DNA of 28,827 bases, taken from a virus (lineage: Duplodnaviria > Caudoviricetes). The stretch spans positions 1 through 28,827 of IMG/VR virus record IMGVR_UViG_3300044657_001301; one strand, given 5' to 3'. The notes under the pieces were generated by a model, which did no database searches, was not told the DNA's origin, and saw only the letters and a program-made list of their open reading frames with translations. Of the stretch, positions 20,901 to 27,153 are shown in pieces; positions within the stretch are counted from its first letter, which is position 1, and each line of letters opens with the position of its first letter. The position numbers and the translations under genes are program-made.

Positions 20901-21134
20901 GATAAAGTTAAGCAGCTTTCTGGGTATACATATAGAAGAATTGATTTGAATAATGTAACTCAAGCTGGTGTGATCGCTCAGGAAGTTGAGAAGGTTCTTC
21001 CAGAAGTCGTAGAAGAAGATGGAGATGGTTACAAATCAGTAGCTTACGGCAACATGGTTGCGCTCTTGATTGAGGCTATTAAAGAGCAGCAAAAGCAAAT
21101 TGATGAACTAAGAGGTAAGTCGCATGACCACTAA
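17982..21134 (+). CDS. Tail fibre protein with C-terminal Peptidase_S74 intramolecular chaperone
   Basis: It has Thr/Gly/Asn-rich beta-repeats (TGALTVDGGVGIAKD, YDLGSSSLKW). The C-terminus reads SSDARLKEDL...GVIAQEVEKVLPEVV...VAYGNMVALLIEAIKEQQ. Confidence 0.88.
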   Translation: MAKAFYAGANVNSTTGTFATWLERTNQIVYDMSDVVVTVADVTSANSTNGSQTTGNAHIQGYLSANVLIATEELRGGRNAEFGNSATLLISSNVAIGNTGGSETLFVAGNSTLEGTLEVDGVVTFNANLALSNTSISGELSFVDTTQSTSSSTGAAKFAGGVGIAKDLFIAGNTDITGNLSADVSVAANVLIATEELRGGVFGNSATLLVSSNVAIGNTGGSETFFVAGNSTLEGSLEVDGVVTFNANLAFSNSTTTHISGDTTFTSAMSITDSTQATNTNTGALTVDGGAGFIKDVFIGGDTDITGDVIVRGDTTFASIMSITDTTQATNTNTGALTVDGGVGIAKDVFIAGNTDILGDTIVRGNFDVEGVFNLPSNTNLTVNDTQTLTFTVTSLATINGNTIFGNAATDSVTFNARVESNIIPITANTYDLGSSSLKWNDLYVSNAEITYANISAEVNAPIIDTSIRVQSPLYYVEDQGDIRFYEDNVNGLNYLAFQAPASVASNVTWTLPSVDAAISGYALVSNGSGTLSWGPPGQTTTADTTTNTDFYIHFDSTTSGAVTSVKHDTGLRYNPSTGTLTADVVTGQAGTVAALTGLDTGDLTEGSRLYYTTTRANTAIDARVTKSFVDALNVDADTFDSLNSTQFIRSDAADVVSANTNWTDNSRLLIGNSSDLQIYHNATDSYIVDNGTGSILIAASRIALHGGADAAETMATFVDNGAVTLYYDNSPKIATASGGVTITGTATATTFSGSGSGLTALNASNISTGTLASARLSGTYSISISGNAATATSATSATNATNATNFAVTNNTTENGNLYPVFVDGTSGNQGGEVASTKLTFNPSTGTLTATAFSGNGSSLTNVDATTVDGVNSTSFLRSDAADTKTSGDLTLNDNIALNLGTGLDAELYFNATQLILDMNSDADFLIRDGNSANATRFTFDTSSGNFTAVGEVISSSDARLKEDLEVIPNALDKVKQLSGYTYRRIDLNNVTQAGVIAQEVEKVLPEVVEEDGDGYKSVAYGNMVALLIEAIKEQQKQIDELRGKSHDH
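18171..18740 (+). repeat. Internal ~200 bp duplication in the tail fibre (about 18171-18380 and 18541-18740)
   Basis: ANVLIATEELRGG...NSATLL(I/V)SSNVAIGNTGGSET(L/F)FVAGNSTLEG(T/S)LEVDGVVTFNANLA occurs twice. Confidence 0.9.
18762..19073 (+). repeat. Tandem 156 bp (52 aa) duplication in the tail fibre
   Basis: GDTTF..MSITD.TQATNTNTGALTVDGG...KDVFI.G.TDI.GD.IVR starts at 18762 and again at 18918, with long identical DNA runs. Confidence 0.9.
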
Positions 21135-21909
21135 GATTACATCTACTGGTATTACATTTAATGATTCAACAGTTGCAACTACCCGAGCCCATATGCTTGG
21201 TCCGCCAGGTCCTTCAGGCTCTACGGGTGCAACAGGTCCACAAGGTACACAGGGACCCCCAGGACCACCGGGACCTCCTGGTCCAGCCGGACCTGCGGCA
21301 CCTCCTCCTCCACCACCGCCTCCGGCGTGCGGTTGTTTCTTAGATGGCACGAAGGTATTGATGCTTGATGGTACTCAGAAGAACATTGAAGATATCAATG
21401 TCGGTGAACATATTGTTTCACATGTAAATGGTTCTGTAGAAGTTGTAGCGAAGAAATCTGGTCCAGTTGCCTGCAACAACATGTATCTTTTAAACAACGA
21501 TCTAATCACGACTGGCGAACACGCTTTTCTAACAAGAACAGGTTGGGTTGCCGCTGACGGCGGCGAAAGTCGTAAATCTGGTCCATGGAGAGAAGTTATA
21601 ACTGATAGTGTCGGTAGTACAAGAATGATGAAGGTTCCCCAAAATCTCCTCGTGCGGGACATGAAAGTTGGAGACAAGATTATTTGTGGTGACGGTTTCA
21701 AAGAAATTACTTCAATCCAGCAGTTATTTGATATCAATTTAGACGATCGTATAACAACACTAGTTACAGGTTCTGATATGATTATTCAAGGTGGATTGGT
21801 TGTTAGCGCTTGGACAACTTCTTGGTATGATCAAAACATCGATATAAATAGATTGTACAAGGAAATAACTGGGGAAATAGATTACACAGGAAAGGCAGTA
21901 ATATGTTAA
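21124..21909 (+). CDS. Mini-collagen + polyproline + Hint-domain protein (ORF A)
   Basis: It has the [15 protein letters not shown] head, 11 Gly-X-Y triplets, Pro8 and then ACG|[23 protein letters not shown] (Hint block A, Cys71 at 21334). Block B is TTGEH and there is no terminal His-Asn. Confidence 0.88.
   Translation: MTTKITSTGITFNDSTVATTRAHMLGPPGPSGSTGATGPQGTQGPPGPPGPPGPAGPAAPPPPPPPPACGCFLDGTKVLMLDGTQKNIEDINVGEHIVSHVNGSVEVVAKKSGPVACNNMYLLNNDLITTGEHAFLTRTGWVAADGGESRKSGPWREVITDSVGSTRMMKVPQNLLVRDMKVGDKIICGDGFKEITSIQQLFDINLDDRITTLVTGSDMIIQGGLVVSAWTTSWYDQNIDINRLYKEITGEIDYTGKAVIC
21843..21850 (+). promoter_or_regulatory. Putative late promoter TATAAATA
   Basis: Exact motif about 53 bp upstream of the stand-alone Hint ORF, inside the 3' end of ORF A. 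Confidence 0.45.
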
Positions 21910-22523
21910 AACCACCTCCTCTTAGAAAAGACAGTTTAGGTTGTTTCCTAGATGGTATGAAAGTGCTGATGGCTGATGGTACACAGAAAAACATTGAAGA
22001 TATTAATGTCGGTGAACGTGTAGCGTGTCATTTTAATGGCTCGGCTAAAGTTGTTGGTAAAAGAGTTGGTCATGCTGGTTATAATAACATGTATCTTCTA
22101 AACAACGATTTTATCACAACTGGTGAACACGTTTTCCTAACACGCTCGGGTTGGGTATCCGTAGACGGTGAAAAGAAAACAAGACAGCAGGGGCAATGGA
22201 GAGAAATTGTAACTGATAATAATGGTAGCACTAGATTACTAAAAATTCCACAAAATCTAGAAGTAAGAAAAATGATGATTGGAGATAAAATTGTTTGTGG
22301 CGATTCATACAAACAAATAACTTCTATCAAGCAACTTTTTGATATTGATTTTACTGCTCATGTAACTACTCTCGTAACTGGATCTAACATGATTGTTCAA
22401 GGTGGTTTGGTTGTTGGTGGTTGGCCAACAAGTTGGGGAACTGAAATGAGCATGGACTCTGACAGACTCTTTAAAGAAATTACAGGACAAGTGAATTCTG
22501 AGGGAAAGTGGTATGACGACTAA
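21903..22523 (+). CDS. Stand-alone Hint-domain protein with a 13-aa leader (ORF B)
   Basis: It reads MLKPPPLRKDSLG|CFLDGMKVLMADG (Cys14 at 21942) and has TTGEH. It is clearly paralogous to ORFs A and C and overlaps both neighbours. Confidence 0.85.
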   Translation: MLKPPPLRKDSLGCFLDGMKVLMADGTQKNIEDINVGERVACHFNGSAKVVGKRVGHAGYNNMYLLNNDFITTGEHVFLTRSGWVSVDGEKKTRQQGQWREIVTDNNGSTRLLKIPQNLEVRKMMIGDKIVCGDSYKQITSIKQLFDIDFTAHVTTLVTGSNMIVQGGLVVGGWPTSWGTEMSMDSDRLFKEITGQVNSEGKWYDD

Positions 22524-23274
22524 ACTTACGTCAACAGGAATTGTTTTTAACGATTCTTCAACAATTACTACAAGGAATGGTGGTAATCAGGGTCCGCCTG
22601 GACCAGCGGGTGGAACAGGACCTACTGGCGCAGCCGGTCCTGCAGGACCACCTGGACCTCCAGGACCACCGGGACCTCCGGGCGGGACTCCGTGCGCTTG
22701 TTTCTTAGATGGCACGAAGGTATTGATGCTTAATGGTTTTGAAAAGAACATTGAAGACATTAAAGTTGGGGACCGTATTGCCTCGCATGTAAATGGTTCT
22801 GTAGAAGTTGTAGCAAAGAAATCGGGATCAGTCGCTTACAATAACATGTACCTCTTGAACGGCAGTTTAATCACAACTGGTGAGCACGCCTTTCTAACAA
22901 GAACAGGTTGGGTTGCAGCTGATGGTGGTGAAAGTCGTAAATCTGGTCCATGGCGTGAGGTTCAAACGGACGATCTTGGTAGCACAAACCTTTTAAAGAT
23001 TCCTCAGAATCTTTCAGTAAGACATATGCAGATTGGTGATAAAATTATTTGTGGGGACTCATATAAAGAAATTACCTCAATCGAGCAGTTATTTGATGTC
23101 AATTTTGATGATCGTATAACAACATTAATCACAGGCTCCGATATGATTATTCAAGGAGGATTAGTTGTTAGTGCTTGGACAGCAAGTTGGGGCACAGATT
23201 CACAAATGGATACAAGTAGACTCTTCAAAGAATTGACGGGTAAAGTTGACTATACTGGGAAATGGTTATACTAG
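22513..23274 (+). CDS. Mini-collagen + Hint-domain protein (ORF C)
   Basis: It has the [15 protein letters not shown] head, 12 Gly-X-Y triplets, PCA|CFLDGTKV (Cys63 at 22699) and TTGEH, with no terminal His-Asn. Confidence 0.88.
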   Translation: MTTKLTSTGIVFNDSSTITTRNGGNQGPPGPAGGTGPTGAAGPAGPPGPPGPPGPPGGTPCACFLDGTKVLMLNGFEKNIEDIKVGDRIASHVNGSVEVVAKKSGSVAYNNMYLLNGSLITTGEHAFLTRTGWVAADGGESRKSGPWREVQTDDLGSTNLLKIPQNLSVRHMQIGDKIICGDSYKEITSIEQLFDVNFDDRITTLITGSDMIIQGGLVVSAWTASWGTDSQMDTSRLFKELTGKVDYTGKWLY

Positions 23275-23745
23275 ATGACTACTAAGATTACATCCACTGG
23301 CATAGTATTTAATGATTCGACTACCGTGACGTCTAAGTCTGACGCTACTGGTCCGAATGGTCCATCTGGACCAACAGGTCCACAAGGTCCACAGGGTCCT
23401 GCAGGTCCTCCAGGTCCACCTGGACCTCCAGGACCGCCTTCAGATAAAAGATTGAAGAATATTGGAGACGCCATTTCTTCCGCTGTAGCTAAGATTAAGA
23501 CTTTAGATGTTTTTCGTTTTACGTATAATGAGTTGGCTCAAAGTCGTGGGTTAGATAGCGCAGACCATATTGGTCTTAATGCACAACAGCTAGGAGAATT
23601 GTTTCCAGAAGCCGTAAGATCGCACAATATAAATCTAGAGGGTGAAGATTTTCTTGCTGTAAACAATGATGATTTAATTCCAATTCTCGTTAAATGTATT
23701 CAAGAATTAACAGAAAGAGTTGAAGAATTAGAAACTAAAGAATAA
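23275..23745 (+). CDS. Mini-collagen + Peptidase_S74 intramolecular chaperone (ORF D)
   Basis: It has the [15 protein letters not shown] head, 10 Gly-Pro-X triplets and then P|SDKRLK (Ser56 at 23440). It also has [16 protein letters not shown] and the [12 protein letters not shown] coiled coil. Confidence 0.87.
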   Translation: MTTKITSTGIVFNDSTTVTSKSDATGPNGPSGPTGPQGPQGPAGPPGPPGPPGPPSDKRLKNIGDAISSAVAKIKTLDVFRFTYNELAQSRGLDSADHIGLNAQQLGELFPEAVRSHNINLEGEDFLAVNNDDLIPILVKCIQELTERVEELETKE

Positions 23746-23753
23746 GGATTATT

Positions 23754-24704
23754 ATGCGTGAAGATTTGAAAGAGGATTGGGAAAAAGTCCAATCATTTGA
23801 TATGAGTGAAATTGCTAGGATGTTTGCATGGAAACATAATGTTCCATATTCATATACTTACTTAGCATGTGAAGAGATGCGTAAATATCTGTTTATGTGT
23901 AAGCATAGACCGCAAGATGTTAAAGTTGGATTAGCTGCAAATATTATTGATTATGTTTGGCATTATTTTTTAATTTGTACACCTGAGTGTAAGGATTTTG
24001 GTGAAAATTATCTGGGTAGAATCACGCAACATAATCCAGTGAAGTATTGGGCAGAGGGTGCTGATGAAGGAAAAGAATATCCACAACCAATGCACTTTCA
24101 GGCTGCTATTGAATATGAAAAAATATTTGGGGAAAAAGTTCCTGGAGAATTTTGGACTGGGATACCCCAAGAGTTTTGTCAAGATCGGTACATGCCTGGA
24201 GGGGTTTCGTGGAATGCCCAATTATCTCTAGCTGATGGTGGTTGGAAATATATCTCGGAGATTGAAATTGGAGATGAAATTATCGGACCTCGTAGTGAAG
24301 TTACAAAGGTAAAAGGTATATCTTGTTGGGGTAGTACAGATAAGGATAAATATATAAAATTTAGTAGTGCTGAATGGTTCATTTCCGATACGTTGCCAAT
24401 GTTAGCAGGGTTTGCTGAATCAAATACTGAATCGGGCGGTGAAAGCGTTGTAGTTAAAAATAAGCATGCTTATAATAAATCTTTAAGCGTACCAATTCCA
24501 ATTTCGTTATCAGATAGAGACTATGCAGTTTTGGAGATCGATGTTGAAGAGGCTAAGAAGAACTCTGAAAAATTTAAGTTATATAGAGCAAGCGGGATGG
24601 ATGAACATTCACCAAAGTTTGGAACTGAAATGTATTTGTTGTTTACAGAAGATGGTGGATTTAGAATCAAGTATGGACCAAGCGTATTAACGCCAAAAAT
24701 ATAG
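23754..24704 (+). CDS. GRDP-like (D..WH..L.T...G...H.P) domain fused to a degenerate Hint-like domain
   Basis: The N-terminal half has IDYVWHYFLICTPECKDFGENYLGRITQHNP...YEKIFGEKVPGEFW. From residue 150, GVSWNAQLSLADGGWKYISEIEIGDEIIG aligns by eye with CFLDGMKVLMADGTQKNIEDINVGERV. Confidence 0.55.
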   Translation: MREDLKEDWEKVQSFDMSEIARMFAWKHNVPYSYTYLACEEMRKYLFMCKHRPQDVKVGLAANIIDYVWHYFLICTPECKDFGENYLGRITQHNPVKYWAEGADEGKEYPQPMHFQAAIEYEKIFGEKVPGEFWTGIPQEFCQDRYMPGGVSWNAQLSLADGGWKYISEIEIGDEIIGPRSEVTKVKGISCWGSTDKDKYIKFSSAEWFISDTLPMLAGFAESNTESGGESVVVKNKHAYNKSLSVPIPISLSDRDYAVLEIDVEEAKKNSEKFKLYRASGMDEHSPKFGTEMYLLFTEDGGFRIKYGPSVLTPKI

Positions 24705-24716
24705 GAAATAAAAAAA

Positions 24717-25307
24717 ATGGCTTTTAATTCTAATAACATTATATACTTCGGAACTTCTAGTTTTGAAGTTACTGTTAATGGTTATGCATTTAGATTTAGC
24801 TCAATTGTGAATATTCTAGCTGGTATGAATATTGCTGAGGTTTATTGGAACGGAACAACTGGTCATAAGCTCGGATTTGATGGTACTTCAACGACATTAA
24901 CAAATATCGATGAGTTCGCTGATATTATTGAAGCAGCACAGCTTTGGGGTGGATGGCGTTGGCAAGGATGTTGTCTCTGGAACATTCCTTTGAGAACAAA
25001 TCTCTATGGAGATACTGATAATAGTGTGCAAACAATAATCAAAGCTAGGTCCTACGAACCTTCAATTCTACAATACACCGGATCGTCTATAAGATCCGCA
25101 GATTTCTTTTCAGAAACAGGTGAATCCTCTTTCGAAGTCCCTAGCGACTTGCTTTTCCAGTGGTATGATGCAGCAACAAATCAGTCTTATAAGATCCAGG
25201 CTAATGGAACTAAAACAACCACAACTTGGGATCAAGGTAAGAGGGTTTATGAGGGAATTGGTACGTGGGGATCAGCTAATCTAGATTTTGATGTATTTAA
25301 TCAGTAA
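24717..25307 (+). CDS. Hypothetical protein (196 aa), possibly fibre-associated
   Basis: Clean ORF co-oriented with its neighbours, with AGGA upstream. I do not confidently recognise any family. Confidence 0.6.
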   Translation: MAFNSNNIIYFGTSSFEVTVNGYAFRFSSIVNILAGMNIAEVYWNGTTGHKLGFDGTSTTLTNIDEFADIIEAAQLWGGWRWQGCCLWNIPLRTNLYGDTDNSVQTIIKARSYEPSILQYTGSSIRSADFFSETGESSFEVPSDLLFQWYDAATNQSYKIQANGTKTTTTWDQGKRVYEGIGTWGSANLDFDVFNQ

Positions 25308-25322
25308 TACAAGGATATAATT

Positions 25323-25904
25323 ATGAATGAAAATTTTGTTTGTTATGATAAGTTTCTAACTTCTGACGAATGTGATGATATTGTAGCACTTGCTAAAGAT
25401 ATTGATGAAATTGATGCCAAAATTGGAACTTCCAATAACTTTGGCGAAGTAAATGATATTCGAAGAAGTCTCGTCAAATGGATTGATCGCGCGCGGCATG
25501 GTCATGATTTTGAATGGTTGTTTACAAAGATGAATGAGTTTACAGCAAAGGTTAATAACCAGTATTTTGATATTGATTATAGATATGATGGTTGTGTAGC
25601 TTTTCAATATACGGTTTATCATGGGCATAATGAGGGATGGTACGATCAACATATTGATCATTTTATGCCTGGAACTTGGCCAGATGCGAGAAAAATTTCA
25701 TTCACTGTTCAATTAACTGATCCAGAAGAATATGAAGGTGGTGAATTGACTTTTAGGGATACTACTAATCAACCACCAGAGTTTATGAAAAATAAGGGAA
25801 GTATTTGTTATTTTCCTTCTATTCAATATCATGGAGTGAGTCCTGTAACATCTGGAACCAGAACATCTCTCGTGGGTTGGTATAGAGGACCACAGTGGCG
25901 TTGA
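25323..25904 (+). CDS. 2OG-Fe(II) oxygenase, prolyl-4-hydroxylase-like
   Basis: It has FLTSDECD, RRS.V.W, the HxD in YDQHID, RKISFTVQL..PEEYEGGEL, the distal His in FPS..YHGVSPV and the 2OG-binding RxS in GTRTSLVGW. Confidence 0.92.
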   Translation: MNENFVCYDKFLTSDECDDIVALAKDIDEIDAKIGTSNNFGEVNDIRRSLVKWIDRARHGHDFEWLFTKMNEFTAKVNNQYFDIDYRYDGCVAFQYTVYHGHNEGWYDQHIDHFMPGTWPDARKISFTVQLTDPEEYEGGELTFRDTTNQPPEFMKNKGSICYFPSIQYHGVSPVTSGTRTSLVGWYRGPQWR

Positions 25905-25908
25905 TTTG

Positions 25909-25934
25909 ATAGAGTACTCCCTCTATTTCTTTAT
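25909..25934 (+). terminator. Possible intrinsic terminator
   Basis: An ATAGAG-TACTCC-CTCTAT hairpin followed by TTCTTTAT lies right after the oxygenase stop. The stem is short and AT-rich. Confidence 0.4.
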
Positions 25935-25942
25935 TATAAATA
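25935..25942 (+). promoter_or_regulatory. T4-type late promoter TATAAATA
   Basis: Exact consensus in the intergenic gap, followed by a GAGG RBS and the ATG at 25975. Confidence 0.8.
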
Positions 25943-25974
25943 TATAGAAATAAAGCATACTTGAGGGATGTAAC

Positions 25975-26301
25975 ATGGCTACTAAGTCTAATCTTACTAT
26001 TGACCAGGGATCAGATTATAATATCACGATAGATCTCACGACAGCAAATGGTTCAGCTATGGATCTTGCTGGATATACTGGTAGATCACAAATGCGCAAA
26101 AGCGCATCTTCATCCACGGCGAAAGACTTTACGATATTGGTTGCAAACACTGGTTCCGTTACTCTTTCTATGACAGCAGACTATACAGCCAATATTACAG
26201 CTGGTAGGTGGTTGTATGATGTTGAAGTCGTGTCCACCACCGATGTTGTAACACGCGTTCTTGAAGGAATTGTGACTGTAACTCCAGAAATGACACGATA
26301 G
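25975..26301 (+). CDS. Small virion structural protein (BppU N-terminal-like beta-sandwich)
   Basis: NLTIDQGSDY...DLAGYTGRSQMRKS...AGRWLYDVEV...RVLEGIVTVTP is a pattern common in T4-like phages. Confidence 0.7.
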   Translation: MATKSNLTIDQGSDYNITIDLTTANGSAMDLAGYTGRSQMRKSASSSTAKDFTILVANTGSVTLSMTADYTANITAGRWLYDVEVVSTTDVVTRVLEGIVTVTPEMTR

Positions 26302-26310
26302 GAGTTCAGC

Positions 26311-26535
26311 ATGGTCGACGCTGTTGTTAGACAGAACCAAACTCTAGCAGCTCAAATCCGGCAAGCCGGAGATGTTATTGTCCCCGTGCGTGCAGCTCTT
26401 GGTGCAGCTATTGCTGTAGAAGATTTGACTACCGTCACTACTCCCGGAAAAGAAAACAATGCAACACTTGTTTGGACTGAATCCACACAAAAATATGAAG
26501 TGAAAAAACTGAATTTGGATGGAGGTACTTTCTAA
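26311..26535 (+). CDS. Small hypothetical virion protein ending in LDGGTF
   Basis: It has an AGGAG RBS, a NNATLVW..STQKY fibre-like motif and a C-terminal DGGxF. Confidence 0.65.
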   Translation: MVDAVVRQNQTLAAQIRQAGDVIVPVRAALGAAIAVEDLTTVTTPGKENNATLVWTESTQKYEVKKLNLDGGTF

Positions 26536-27153
26536 GTGACCGATAATATCATTCAAATTAAACGATCTGACAGTACTGATACGCCAAATACAGGATCTCT
26601 TTCATTTGGTGAGCTTGCATATTCATTCTCGTCAAATGCCATGTTTATTGGCACAAGCGCCAATACAGTTATTGAGATTGGTGGTGGCTCCTATGTTGGA
26701 TTGCTAGATCATTCTCCAGGTACTTTAACAGCTGAGTCAGCTATTATTGTTGACGCTAATTCAAGCATCGATGTATTATCTGTTGAGAGTTTTAGGATCC
26801 AAAGTTCTGGTGGGTCAACAGAATATATAACAGAGATAGTAAACGAAATTACTACAAGTGTTGCTAACACTGAACTTGCTACAGCATATGCTATTAAAAA
26901 ATATGTTGATGAGAAGGCAAGTTCAAATGTTGCAATCGCTGGTGGTACGATTACTGGTGTCACAATCAGTGGTTTAAATTCTCCACTTGATGTAGCAGAT
27001 GGTGGTACGGGTACAACCACCTTTACTGAAAATGGAATAGCATACGCAAGCAATAGTTCTATTCTTGACTTTTTAACTGGAGCCAACGGAGACGTTTTAC
27101 AGATCTCGAGCAACTCTCCAACGTTTGGCGGAATTGATGGAGGCGACTATTAA
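26536..27153 (+). CDS. Short tail-fibre-like protein (GTG start)
   Basis: It has the N-terminal IQIKRS...P..GSLSFGELAY fibre motif, LDVADGGTG and the C-terminal IDGGDY. Confidence 0.7.
   Translation: MTDNIIQIKRSDSTDTPNTGSLSFGELAYSFSSNAMFIGTSANTVIEIGGGSYVGLLDHSPGTLTAESAIIVDANSSIDVLSVESFRIQSSGGSTEYITEIVNEITTSVANTELATAYAIKKYVDEKASSNVAIAGGTITGVTISGLNSPLDVADGGTGTTTFTENGIAYASNSSILDFLTGANGDVLQISSNSPTFGGIDGGDY

Noticed and set aside
21334-23274. Hint domains as mobile inteins
   Set aside because: There is no terminal His-Asn plus nucleophile, no LAGLIDADG/HNH endonuclease and no interrupted conserved host protein.
21334-23274. Paralogous repeats as DGR template/variable regions
   Set aside because: There is no reverse transcriptase in the window, all copies are full coding ORFs, and the mismatches do not appear adenine-specific.
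23272-23277. In-frame TAG-ATG between ORFs C and D as readthrough or stop recoding
   Set aside because: Abutting stop/start pairs also occur at 4228/4229 and 26535/26536, TAG ends other genes normally, and D has its own head motif.
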